Part shown: in pieces, positions 30,338 to 40,484 of the stretch | How positions within the stretch are numbered: the stretch's first letter is position 1 | How the letters are laid out: the number at the start of each line of letters is the position of its first letter | Assembly: GCA_963778655.1 (NCBI GenBank) | Contig: CAVZVA010000010.1 | Coordinates: 1,344,001 to 1,408,000, forward strand | Length of the DNA stretch: 64,000 nt | Direction: 5' to 3' | From: an uncultured delta proteobacterium | GTDB taxonomy: Bacteria; Myxococcota_A; Polyangia; Polyangiales; JAFGIB01 | Notes under the pieces: model-generated | Seen by the model: only the letters and a program-made list of their open reading frames with translations | Told to the model about the DNA's origin: nothing | Database searches by the model: none | Program-made: the position numbers and the translations under genes

Positions 30338-30754
30338 TCACCCTCTGGACGTGTAGGGCATGAGCGCGAGCTGGCGCGCGCGCTTGACCGCACGCGTCAC
30401 CTCGCGCTGGTGCAGCGCGCAGTTGCCGGTGATGCGCCGCGGCACGAGCTTGCCGCGCTCGCTGATGAAGTACTTGAGCTGGCCCGGATCCTTGTAGTCG
30501 ATCGCGAGCTCCGAGTCGGCGCAGAAGCGGCACACCTTGCGCTTGCCGCCGCGGCGCCGCAAGGCCAACGGATCGCTGTCGCGGCCGCCTCCCTTGCCCT
30601 GGAAGTCGTCGTCGCGGTCGCGACCGTAGCCGCCGCCACCATAGCCGCCGCCACCATAGCCGCCGCCTCCGTAGCCGCCGCCTCCGTAGCCACCGCCGCC
30701 TCCGCCGCCGCCTCCGCCGTAGCCGCCGCCTCCGCCGTCTCGTGCGCCGTTCAT
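30338..30754 (-). CDS. rpsR: 30S ribosomal protein S18 (Zn-ribbon type) with Gly/Tyr-rich N-terminal extension
   Basis: KVCRFC...IDYKD...[20 protein letters not shown]...KRAR; ATG overlaps the rpsF stop. Confidence 0.95.
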   Translation of the reverse strand: MNGARDGGGGGYGGGGGGGGGGYGGGGYGGGGYGGGGYGGGGYGRDRDDDFQGKGGGRDSDPLALRRRGGKRKVCRFCADSELAIDYKDPGQLKYFISERGKLVPRRITGNCALHQREVTRAVKRARQLALMPYTSRG

Positions 30755-31305
30755 GACTCGTCCTCCGTCGCGCCTGCATTGCTCGCGGCCGGGTCCTCGG
30801 CCTCCTCGGCCTCGAGCTCCTCGCCTTCACGCTCGTAGCTGCTCTCGCTGCGCTCGCTGCGCGGCCGTTCCACCAGCCCCAGGCGCTGGGCCAGCTCCGG
30901 CTCTTCCTCCACCGGCGCTTGCTCCAGGCGGTGGAACTCGGTGTCCTTGGGATCGACCTCGTAGTCGTCGACCCGCACGCGTTCCTTGAGCAGCACGGTC
31001 TGGAAGCGCACCACGTCGTCGATCAGGCGCAGGTTGCGCTCGACCTCGGCGACCATGTCGTTGAGGCCGACGTAGCGCACGTATACGAACGCCCCGCGCG
31101 TGGCCTTGCCGATCGGGTAGGCGAGCCGCCGGCGGCCCCAGTTGTCGACCCGGATCAGCTTGCCGCCGCGCGCGAGCACGGTCTCGCGCACGCGGCCTGC
31201 GATGCGATCGGCTTCGTCGGGCTCGACGCTCGAGCGCATGATGTAGATGGTCTCGTACTCACGCGCGCGAGGCTCTTCTAGAGGTGTGGCTTGTGCTGTG
31301 CTCAT
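30751..31305 (-). CDS. rpsF: 30S ribosomal protein S6 with acidic tail
   Basis: REYETIYI...[22 protein letters not shown] before ATG 31305. Confidence 0.95.
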   Translation of the reverse strand: MSTAQATPLEEPRAREYETIYIMRSSVEPDEADRIAGRVRETVLARGGKLIRVDNWGRRRLAYPIGKATRGAFVYVRYVGLNDMVAEVERNLRLIDDVVRFQTVLLKERVRVDDYEVDPKDTEFHRLEQAPVEEEPELAQRLGLVERPRSERSESSYEREGEELEAEEAEDPAASNAGATEDES

Positions 31306-31310
31306 CGATG

Positions 31311-31352
31311 CTCCCTTTGGACGATGGCCCCGGGCTCGCCGGAGCAGGGAAA
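31311..31352 (-). promoter_or_regulatory. S6:S18 ribosomal protein leader (candidate)
   Basis: UUCCCU/AGGGAG stem sequesters the SD; inner GCUCCGG/CCGGGGC stem; unpaired CCA just 5' of the SD strand. Confidence 0.6.
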
Positions 31353-31361
31353 CCTGGGCGG

Positions 31362-31958
31362 TTACCCGAGCGCGCCCGACTTGAGGTTGTGCGCGTTCAT
31401 GGCCGCCTGGGCGCCGCGGACCACGATGTCGGTCAGCGCCGCGGAGGCGCGTTCTAGCACATCCTGCAGCTCGGCGCCTTGGGCGGCGGCAAAATCGCTC
31501 AGGACATAGCCCTCGACGCTGCCCGCGCGGGGGCGGCCGATGCCGACCCGCAGCCGGCAGAAGTCGGCCCCACCGCACTGCTCGACGATCGAAGCCAGCC
31601 CGCGGTGGCCCGCGGTCCCCCCGCCCAGCTTGATGCGCAGCGTCCCGAAGGGCAGGTCGAGCTCGTCATGCACCACCACCAGCGCGCCCAGCTCGAGCTT
31701 GAAGAAGCGCAGGGCTTGCTGCACGGCACGCCCGCTGAGGTTCATGTACGTCGTCGGCTTGAGCAGCACCACGTCGCCCGCGCCCACCCCGGTCTTGCTC
31801 AAGCTGGCGGAAAAGCGCTCGCGATAGCCGGGCGCACCGTGCGCGAGCGCGAAGCGGTCGACCACCATGAAACCGACATTGTGGCGGTTTTTCGCGTACT
31901 TGGGACCTGGATTGCCCAGGCCCGCCAGAAGCTGCAGGGGCTTCTGCGCGGTGCTCAA
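31362..31958 (-). CDS. pth: Peptidyl-tRNA hydrolase
   Basis: GLGNPG...RHNVGF, KPTTYMNLSG, VHDELD, RLRVGIGRP. Confidence 0.96.
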   Translation of the reverse strand: MSTAQKPLQLLAGLGNPGPKYAKNRHNVGFMVVDRFALAHGAPGYRERFSASLSKTGVGAGDVVLLKPTTYMNLSGRAVQQALRFFKLELGALVVVHDELDLPFGTLRIKLGGGTAGHRGLASIVEQCGGADFCRLRVGIGRPRAGSVEGYVLSDFAAAQGAELQDVLERASAALTDIVVRGAQAAMNAHNLKSGALG

Positions 31959-32581
31959 GACGCCGCTGCAGGGGTCTCGGCCGCAGCCGCGGCGCCTGGC
32001 GCGCCCTCTTCTTCGTCGAGCGGGCGTTTGCGTGGCTCGGCGCAGGTGATCAGGCTGCGCTCGGGATCGAAGGTCACCTCGACGCCCTCGGGCAGCCGCA
32101 GATCCTTGGTACGGATCAGATCGCCGAGCGCCATGTTGGTGACGTCGACCTTGATCTCGGCCGGAATCTTGTCGGGCGTCGTGCGCACCGGCAGGTCGCG
32201 GTAGATCACGTTGAGCTCGCCGCCCGCGACCACGCCCTTGGCGCGGCCCTCGGTCAGGAACGGCACGAGCGTGCGCACCTTCTGGTCCAGCTCCACCTTG
32301 TACAGATCGACGTGCAGCAAGGCGCGCGAGACCGGGTGCACCTGCAGATCCTTGATCATCGCCAGGTGCTGCTGGCCCGCGATCTCGAGCTGCAGCAGGA
32401 CGTTGCGCCGTTGCGGCGAGCTGAGCGCTTGCCCCAGCGCCTTGGGGGCGATCGCGACGCTCACCGCCTCGGTGCGGTTGCCGTAGAACACGCCCGGGAC
32501 CAGACCGCGCGCGCGCAGCCGGCGCGCCTCGCCCTTGCCCGTGCCCTCCCGAGCCTCAGTTGCCAACGCCAGCGGTTCCAT
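31955..32581 (-). CDS. rplY: 50S ribosomal protein L25/Ctc
   Basis: GKGEARRLR...VPGVFYG...QVHPVSRALLHVD plus Ctc C-terminal domain. Confidence 0.95.
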   Translation of the reverse strand: MEPLALATEAREGTGKGEARRLRARGLVPGVFYGNRTEAVSVAIAPKALGQALSSPQRRNVLLQLEIAGQQHLAMIKDLQVHPVSRALLHVDLYKVELDQKVRTLVPFLTEGRAKGVVAGGELNVIYRDLPVRTTPDKIPAEIKVDVTNMALGDLIRTKDLRLPEGVEVTFDPERSLITCAEPRKRPLDEEEGAPGAAAAAETPAAAS

Positions 32582-32620
32582 GCCTCAGCTCCTCATGCCA
32601 CGGTGCTTCGAAGTTGCGCC

Positions 32621-33565
32621 TCAATCGAACAGCGAGCTCACGGAGTCGCCATTGTGGATGCGCTTGATCGCCTCGCCCAGCAGGGCGGCGACCGTGAGCA
32701 CCTTGAACTTGCCGGTCTTTTCCGCCTCGTGCGAGAGCGGGATGGTATCGGTCACCACCACCTCCTGCAGCACGGAGTGTGCGATGCGCTGCACCGCGCT
32801 GCCAGAGAGCACGGGGTGGGTCGCCGCCGCGAACACGTGACGCGCTCCGGCTTCCGCCAGCGCTCCGGCCGCGTTGCACAACGTCCCGGCGGTGTCGATC
32901 ATGTCGTCGAGGATCACGCAGTCGCGGCCCTTCACCTCGCCGATGATGTTCATGACTTCGCTCTCATTGGCGCGCTCGCGGCGCTTGTCGATGATGGCCA
33001 GATCGGCCTTGAGCCGCTTGGCATACGCGCGGGCGCGCTCCACGCCGCCAGCGTCGGGCGAGACCAGCACCGGATGCTCCTCATGGAACTTGGGTTGCAG
33101 GTAGTCGAGAAACACGCGATTGGCGTACAGATGGTCGAATGGCAGCGCGAAGAAGCCCTGGATCTGGCCCGCGTGCAGGTCGATCGCGACCACTCGGCTA
33201 ACCCCGGCCGCGGTCAGCAGGTCGGCCACCAGCTTGGCCGTGATCGGCGTGCGCGGCGCGACCTTGCGATCCTGGCGCGCATAGCCGTAGTACGGGAGCA
33301 CGGCCGTGATCGAGCCGGCCGACGCCCGCCGCAGCGCGTCCACCATGACCAGCAGCTCCATCAAGTGGTCGTTGACGGGGCTGCAGGTCGGTTGCACGAC
33401 GTATACGTCTGCGCTGCGCACGTTCTCGCCGATGCGCGCGAAGATCTCGCCGTCCGAGAAGCGGGTCAGCTCGGCGCGTCCGAGCCCGATCCCCACGTAC
33501 GCCGCAGTGGCCTCCGCCAAGGGGCGATTGGCGCTGCCCGTAAAGATGCTGATGGACTTGTACAT
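32621..33565 (-). CDS. prs: Ribose-phosphate pyrophosphokinase
   Basis: [42 protein letters not shown]; start reset to 33565. Confidence 0.97.
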   Translation of the reverse strand: MYKSISIFTGSANRPLAEATAAYVGIGLGRAELTRFSDGEIFARIGENVRSADVYVVQPTCSPVNDHLMELLVMVDALRRASAGSITAVLPYYGYARQDRKVAPRTPITAKLVADLLTAAGVSRVVAIDLHAGQIQGFFALPFDHLYANRVFLDYLQPKFHEEHPVLVSPDAGGVERARAYAKRLKADLAIIDKRRERANESEVMNIIGEVKGRDCVILDDMIDTAGTLCNAAGALAEAGARHVFAAATHPVLSGSAVQRIAHSVLQEVVVTDTIPLSHEAEKTGKFKVLTVAALLGEAIKRIHNGDSVSSLFD

Positions 33566-33633
33566 CACAACCGAGGATAGATCTCCGCCTGAACCCGCGG
33601 CGGGGCGTGGATCGCTAGCAAACGAGCCCTGAG

Positions 33634-34938
33634 GTGTCAACCAACGCACAAGCACGCGGTCGGCTCGATTTCATCGATGCCCATCGCGGTCTGGCGGTTG
33701 TGCTGATGCTGTGGATGCACACGGCCGACGGCTGGTTGCGCCCGGCGCTCAAGCAGGGAAGCGGTTGGGACTTCGTGCGCTCGCTCGGCGGGTTGGCCGC
33801 GCCCAGCTTCCTGCTGCTGGCCGGGCTGTCCATGGGTCTGGGCTGGGAGGGGCCGGCGCGGCCCGGGGAGCAGCGCGCCGGCGTGACGCGCGGGCTGCAG
33901 CTCGTGGTGCTGGGGTACGGCCTGCGGTTGCAGATGTGGATGCTCGATGCGGGTGGACACCGGCAGCTGGCCGCGTGGTGTGCGGCGCTGGTGCTCGCCA
34001 CCGGCTATGCCGCGGCCTACCGCGGGCTCAGCCTGGCCGCCGTCGAGGATCGCGGTTACGGCCGCTTGCTGGCTGCCGCCGGGATCCTGACCGCCGGCGG
34101 TTTGGTGATTGTGTCTCAAACGATACCATCGCGTCTGATCCCGCTCCTGCGCGTGGACGTGCTGCAGGCGATCGGGTTCTCGCTGGTGCTGCTGGCGGTG
34201 CTGCGCGGGCCTTTGCAGCGTCGGCCCTGGCTACTGGGGCTCGCGGTGGCGGCTGTGATCACCCAGCTCACGCCTTGGTTCAGGAGCTGGGTGCCCGGCC
34301 CGTTGCCCCGGCCGCTGGCCGCCTATCTGGCGAGCTGGGAGGTTCCCGCGGGGCAACCGGCGCCGGCCCTGTTTCCGCTGTTTCCCTGGGCGGCCTACGC
34401 GCTGGTCGGGGCGCCGCTCGGCCTGTACCTCGGCCGAGCCCAGCGTGAGGGCCCCGGCGGCGGCCGCCGCGCCGTGGCCCGCCTGGCCGTCGCCGGCGTG
34501 CTGCTGAGCCTGGCCAGTTGCGAAGCGCTGCCTCATGCGCGCGCGCTGCTTGCGAGCGCGCCCTGGCTGACGCAGTCGCTGCGGGTCATCTACCGCGTGG
34601 GCGCCACGATGGTGTTGGGGGGCCTGGCGCTTGTTCTCAGCCGGCCGCGCGTGCCGCTGCGCGGCGCGCTGCTGGATCTCGGGCGCACCTCGCTGCTCGT
34701 GTACTGGGTGCATCTCGAGCTCGCCTTCGGCAGCCTGGCCAAGCCGGTTGCGCACCGGCTGGGTTTCGCGAGCTGGGCGTTCGGTCTGGCGCTGCTCGCG
34801 CTGGCGATGAGCGCCCTGGCGGCGGGCTGGCTGCGGGTGCGCCCGCGCCGTGCGCGCAGGCCTCCGGCGCGGCCTCTGCCGAACGAGCCCGGTGCGGGTG
34901 CGACCGCCTTTCCAGGCACTCGAATTTCGATCGACTGA
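33634..34938 (+). CDS. Multi-pass membrane acyltransferase (HGSNAT/DUF1624-like)
   Basis: [46 protein letters not shown]. Confidence 0.78.
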   Translation: MSTNAQARGRLDFIDAHRGLAVVLMLWMHTADGWLRPALKQGSGWDFVRSLGGLAAPSFLLLAGLSMGLGWEGPARPGEQRAGVTRGLQLVVLGYGLRLQMWMLDAGGHRQLAAWCAALVLATGYAAAYRGLSLAAVEDRGYGRLLAAAGILTAGGLVIVSQTIPSRLIPLLRVDVLQAIGFSLVLLAVLRGPLQRRPWLLGLAVAAVITQLTPWFRSWVPGPLPRPLAAYLASWEVPAGQPAPALFPLFPWAAYALVGAPLGLYLGRAQREGPGGGRRAVARLAVAGVLLSLASCEALPHARALLASAPWLTQSLRVIYRVGATMVLGGLALVLSRPRVPLRGALLDLGRTSLLVYWVHLELAFGSLAKPVAHRLGFASWAFGLALLALAMSALAAGWLRVRPRRARRPPARPLPNEPGAGATAFPGTRISID

Positions 34939-35043
34939 ATCGGCCGGCGCAGGCCTCCGAAGCGCGGTATCACAAAGGCCAGAATGGGTCTTGTGACCCG
35001 CGATCGGTTCTGCCTATAAGGGCTCCTCACGCGCAGAGCGACC

Positions 35044-35889
35044 ATGTCCAACCCAGTCTTCCTGCTCACGGATCGTCCCGCCTTCGAAGAGGAATGGCGG
35101 CGGGCTCTGGAGCGCGTCGGGCTGCGCTCCCAGGCCATGCTTTCCGACTCGCCCAGCGAGGCGATCCGCGAAGGCAACGTGGTTGTGATCGACGCCGGCT
35201 GCGAGGTGTTCGACGAGGACGAGTTGCTCGCGCACGTGGGTCTGGCACGCGCGCTGCGCGTGACCTGTGCGGTCGTGCTGCCCGAGGACGAGCACCTGGC
35301 CGGCATCGAGGACTTGCTCGACGACCTGTGCCCTGGGCTGGTGAGCCGAGGCGCGCGCGATGTCGCGCGCGTGGCCTCTGCGCTCGGGCGCGCCGCCGAT
35401 CGCGAGCGCAGCAGGCGTTTCGAATATCTCGCGGTCTCGCCGCGGCCCGGGGAGCTGCTCGCGGTTCTCGCCGACGGCACCGCCGTGCTGCTGCCGCGGC
35501 CGGTCGGCGAGGCCGACGACGGCAGCGAGGTGGCCTCGATCGCGCTCGGGCCTGGTGCCGAGGCCGCCACGCTCGCGCTCGCATCCGGGCGCGAGGTCGA
35601 GCTGCGCGCTTCGGCGGTCGCGCCCGCGGGCAACACGCGGCCGAGCGTCGCGCCCATCAACGGCCACGCTTCGGCCGTGGCGATCGACGGCGTGCGTCTG
35701 GGCGCGCGCCTGCGCGAGCTGCGCGTGGCCGCCGGCCTGACGCAGGCCGAGCTCGCACGCCGCACCGGCATCCATCGGCCCAACATCGCGCGCGTCGAAG
35801 CAGGACGTCACACGCCGTCGCTGGAGACGCTGGCGCGGCTGGCTTCGGCGATCGGCGTGCCCACCACGCTGGTGCTCGCCGAAGAGTAG
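35044..35889 (+). CDS. XRE-family HTH regulator with N-terminal alpha/beta domain
   Basis: C-terminal LGARLRELRVAAGLTQAELARRTGIHRPNIARVEAGRHTPSLETL. Confidence 0.85.
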   Translation: MSNPVFLLTDRPAFEEEWRRALERVGLRSQAMLSDSPSEAIREGNVVVIDAGCEVFDEDELLAHVGLARALRVTCAVVLPEDEHLAGIEDLLDDLCPGLVSRGARDVARVASALGRAADRERSRRFEYLAVSPRPGELLAVLADGTAVLLPRPVGEADDGSEVASIALGPGAEAATLALASGREVELRASAVAPAGNTRPSVAPINGHASAVAIDGVRLGARLRELRVAAGLTQAELARRTGIHRPNIARVEAGRHTPSLETLARLASAIGVPTTLVLAEE

Positions 35890-35896
35890 GCGCGCG

Positions 35897-36724
35897 ATGG
35901 CGGTCGAGGACGCGGACGAGCGCCGGCCTGCGGAACCGAAGCCGGCGGCGACCGTCGTGCTGATGCGCGAGGGGCAGGGCGCGGAGCTCGAGCTCTACCT
36001 GCTGCAGCGCCAGCCCACGATGGGATTCATGGGCGGCATGCACGTCTTTCCGGGCGGCAAGGTGGCCGCAGCCGATGGCTCGACGCGGATGCGCGCGCGC
36101 ATCGCGGAGATCGGGCCCGATACGAGCTGGGGCCCCGAGCTCGACGGGGCGGCCGCGCTCGCGCGCGCGGTGGCCGCGGTCCGCGAGACGCTAGAGGAAG
36201 CGGGCGTGCTGCTGGGCGCGGACGCGGATGCCGAGACGTGCGCGCGGGTACGCGCAGGCCTGCATGCCGGCGACGAGCTTGGCGTGCTGCTCGAGCAGGC
36301 CGGCCTGCGGCTGGATCTTTCGTGCTTGCAGCCGCTGTCGCGGTGGATCACGCCCGACAGCGAGCCCACGCGCTTCGACACCAGCTTCTACCTCGCGCGC
36401 TTGCCGCCGACGCAGCACGCGGCGCACGACGGGCGCGAGTCGGTCGGAGCGTGCTGGATGTCGCCGGGCGCGGCGCTCGAGGCCAGCGCGCAGGGCCAGA
36501 TCCGGCTGGCGCCTCCGACCGCACGCACGCTCGAGGGCCTTGCCGCGGCGGGCTCGCTCGACGCCGCCTGGGCTCGGGCCGCGGCTGCGCCTCTACCGGT
36601 GGTGGCGCCGGTGATCCGCACACTGGGCGGCGACCTGGTCCTGCTCTACCCAGGCGATCCGGAGCATCCGCAGCCCACAGCTGTGCTACCCGGGCCCACC
36701 CGGCGGGTACTGCGCCGCCGGTAG
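35897..36724 (+). CDS. Nudix hydrolase (Nudt19-like)
   Basis: AATVVL...VFPGG...AAVRETLEEAGV...RWITP...RFDT.F...L.PPT. Confidence 0.85.
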   Translation: MAVEDADERRPAEPKPAATVVLMREGQGAELELYLLQRQPTMGFMGGMHVFPGGKVAAADGSTRMRARIAEIGPDTSWGPELDGAAALARAVAAVRETLEEAGVLLGADADAETCARVRAGLHAGDELGVLLEQAGLRLDLSCLQPLSRWITPDSEPTRFDTSFYLARLPPTQHAAHDGRESVGACWMSPGAALEASAQGQIRLAPPTARTLEGLAAAGSLDAAWARAAAAPLPVVAPVIRTLGGDLVLLYPGDPEHPQPTAVLPGPTRRVLRRR

Positions 36725-36905
36725 GCAACCGGCAGGGACCCGCGCCCCTTGCTATCTGGCGCTCCCTGGTTCGCACGGCCGCTGTCTCGTCGGGCCCCCG
36801 CGCCCCGCCGCGCGCTGCTCCCATGTAGGGTACAGAAGGTAAAAGCGGATAAATTTGGATTTTGTCCTAGACAGTGGAACGAACGGAGGGTAGGAATTTA
36901 ACCGG

Positions 36906-37472
36906 ATGCCGAAGCGTGGATACGCCAAAGAGCTCTTCACGGCTTCCGAGGTCGCCAAGTTTTGTCAGGTGGATCTCAAGACCATCCACAACTGGGCCGA
37001 CCGCGGTGAGATCCGCCACTTCCGCACGCCTGGACGGCACCTGCGCTTCCGCCGCGTGGACGTGCTCGATTTCCTGCGCAAGTACGGCTATCCCGTGCCC
37101 GACGTGCTCAAGCACGGCCGCCCGCGGGTGCACGTCGTGGACGAGGACCCGGCCACGCTCGAAGGGCTCGAGCGCGCTCTGTCGCCGCACTTCGAGGTGC
37201 GCACCTTCCCTGAGCCGGTCGACGCGCTGATCGCGATTGGCAGCGACACGCCGGACGTGGTCGTGATGGACGTGGGGGGCGTACGCATGGACGGTCTTGC
37301 CGCGATCGCGCGCCTGCGCTCGCTTGAAGGCACGCAGCACGTGCGCATCGTCGTCTACTCGACGCGCGCCGAGCGCAGGCAACAGGTGCTCGATGCGGGG
37401 GCCACGGCCTTCGTGCAGAAGCCCGACGTCGGCAAGCTGGTCGAAGCGATCGATTCGCTGATGGGTGGCTAG
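36906..37472 (+). CDS. Response regulator with N-terminal excisionase/BldC-like HTH and C-terminal receiver
   Basis: FTASEVAKFCQVDLKTIHNW...RTPGRHLRF; receiver with VVDED, VVMD, YS, QKP. Confidence 0.85.
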   Translation: MPKRGYAKELFTASEVAKFCQVDLKTIHNWADRGEIRHFRTPGRHLRFRRVDVLDFLRKYGYPVPDVLKHGRPRVHVVDEDPATLEGLERALSPHFEVRTFPEPVDALIAIGSDTPDVVVMDVGGVRMDGLAAIARLRSLEGTQHVRIVVYSTRAERRQQVLDAGATAFVQKPDVGKLVEAIDSLMGG

Positions 37473-37636
37473 TCCCCTGGACCCGTGATGCCTCACCTAT
37501 CTCGACACGCCCTCGCCGTCGCTCGCGGCGTTGCGCGACCTTGAAATACCACGCCGTATTCCTGCGATCGCGCGGCTTGCGAGCAACGCCGAACCCGCGC
37601 CGATATAGGCAAGAAATCACGGATCCAGGGGACTAG
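37469..37636. mobile_element. MITE-like element, 168 bp, CTAG-bounded
   Basis: Terminal inverted repeats CTAGTCCCCTGGA(C/T)CCGTGAT match 20/21; no transposase inside. Confidence 0.75.
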
Positions 37637-37746
37637 GGCGCGCGCCCTTACCGCCGCCCGTCTCTCCACGGCCAGTCCTGATCGGCCGCGGCGAGTCAGG
37701 GCGCACGGGTCGCGTGGCAGCGGCGGCTGTGGCATAGAGCGAAGCC

Positions 37747-38424
37747 ATGCCGTTGCCTCTGCGCTACGACGCCAACGGGCTGGTCACGGTGGTGGTGCAA
37801 GACCGCCTGACCGGCGAGATTCGTATGCTCGCGCACGCGAATGACGAAGCGCTGCGCGCCACGCTGGCGAGCGGCGAAGGCCACTTCTACAGCCGTTCGC
37901 GCGCCGCGTTGTGGCGCAAGGGCGAGAGCAGCGGCCACGTGCTGCACGTGGCCGAGGTGTGGGCGGACTGCGACGGCGACGCAGTGTTGTATCTGGTCGA
38001 CCCGGAGGGGCCCAGCTGCCACACCGGCCGCCCCAGCTGCTTTTTCCGTACGCTCGGCCGCGAGGGCGCGTTGCAGGAGCCGCCCGACGCGCACGGGCGA
38101 CCGCTGTTGCCGCGCTTGTGGGCCGAGCTGCAGGCGCGCCAACGTCAGGGCGGCGACACGAGCTACACGCGCAAGCTGCTGACTGCAGGCGCGGCCGAGG
38201 TCGGAGCGAAGATCCGCGAAGAGGCAGGAGAGCTGGCCGACGCGATCGCGCAGGAGTCGGATGCGCGCGTGGTCGCCGAGGCGGCCGACGAGATCTATCA
38301 CCTGCTGGTGGGCTTGCTGTTGCGCGGCGTGAGCCTGCGAGACGTCGAGCAGGAGCTCGACCGCCGCTTTGGCATCTCCGGCCTGGCCGAAAAAGCCGCC
38401 CGCAGGCCGAGTCCAAAGCCCTGA
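37747..38424 (+). CDS. hisIE: Bifunctional PR-AMP cyclohydrolase / PR-ATP pyrophosphatase
   Basis: LWRKGESSG, DCDGDA, CHTGRPSCF, SYTRKL, KIREEAGE, EAADEIYH. Confidence 0.95.
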   Translation: MPLPLRYDANGLVTVVVQDRLTGEIRMLAHANDEALRATLASGEGHFYSRSRAALWRKGESSGHVLHVAEVWADCDGDAVLYLVDPEGPSCHTGRPSCFFRTLGREGALQEPPDAHGRPLLPRLWAELQARQRQGGDTSYTRKLLTAGAAEVGAKIREEAGELADAIAQESDARVVAEAADEIYHLLVGLLLRGVSLRDVEQELDRRFGISGLAEKAARRPSPKP

Positions 38425-38481
38425 GGTCCCTGCGGGCTGTGCCCGGCGGGCGGCAGGAGGGTCGCGTGACCCTCCTGGCAA

Positions 38482-38991
38482 CTAAGCCCCCAGCGCGGCC
38501 TCGATTTCCTTTTCCACCTTGGCGGTCGAGACGTTGCGCGCCAGCGCCAGCTCTGTGACCACCAGGTTGCGCGCTTGCTCGAGCAGGCGGCGCTCGCTGA
38601 ACGAGAGCTCCTTCTCTTCCTTCACGCGGTACAGATCGCGCAGCACCTTGGCCACCTCGAATGCCGAGCCACTGGTGAGCATTTCGGTGTACTCCCGATA
38701 GCGCTTGTTCCAGGGCTGAACGGTGACGGCGACCGACGGGTCCTTGAGGATTTCCAGAACCTTCTTGGCGTCCTTCCTCGAGATCACATCCCGCAGGCCT
38801 GCCCGCTGCGCCCCATCGGTCGGGATCATGAGCTTCATGTCGGTCTCGAGGATCTTCAGGATGTAGAACTCTTTCTTCTGCCCGGCGATATCGCGGCTTT
38901 CGATACCCGTGATTTGCGCGACACCGTGCGCGGGGTATACGGCATTGTCTCCCACCTCGAACTGCCGGTTCACTTGACGTATGTCTCCCAT
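38482..38991 (-). CDS. cdnL: CarD/CdnL family RNA polymerase-binding factor
   Basis: FEVGDNAVYPAHGV...WNKRYRE...LSFSERRLLEQAR; no HMGA tail, so CdnL-type. Confidence 0.9.
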   Translation of the reverse strand: MGDIRQVNRQFEVGDNAVYPAHGVAQITGIESRDIAGQKKEFYILKILETDMKLMIPTDGAQRAGLRDVISRKDAKKVLEILKDPSVAVTVQPWNKRYREYTEMLTSGSAFEVAKVLRDLYRVKEEKELSFSERRLLEQARNLVVTELALARNVSTAKVEKEIEAALGA

Positions 38992-39097
38992 CTGATCTGC
39001 TCAGCCGGTTGCGCGTCCTGCGCCGACGACCCCCCTCGTCTGCCGCGTCAGGCACTCTGGAGTCCCGCGGGCGCGGTCTAAATTTCGTGTGTGGTGT

Positions 39098-39126
39098 ATG
39101 GTACCACCCTGGGTGGACGGGGGCAA
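39098..39126 (-). promoter_or_regulatory. sigma70-type promoter of cdnL (candidate)
   Basis: TTGCCC-N17-TACCAT with TG extension. Confidence 0.5.
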
Positions 39127-39213
39127 CCGAGGTCACGGCCCCCGTCCGGGAAAGACAGGTGACAATTGGCGGGCCTGAGCCGCGGAATCTGGGCCGTTAC
39201 GCGAGCTGCGCCG

Positions 39214-40350
<1,137 letters not shown>

Positions 40351-40363
40351 CGTGGTTTCCTTT

Positions 40364-40379
40364 CTGAGCGTTGCCGCAG
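40364..40379 (-). promoter_or_regulatory. Candidate operator upstream of recA
   Basis: CTGCGGCAACGCTCAG (CTG-N10-CAG), 12/16 identical to the site before cinA. Confidence 0.45.
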
Positions 40380-40484
40380 CGCCACGCGCGTGCGTGCGTA
40401 TCGGCTAATAGGAGGCGCGCCGCCAGGCGCTGGAATCGCGTGCGATCGTGCTTTCCGCCTTGTCCGGCCTGCGCAGTCCGTTCG

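Noticed and set aside
33566..33633. tRNA upstream of prs
   Set aside because: Gap is only 68 bp; no cloverleaf or T-loop seen.
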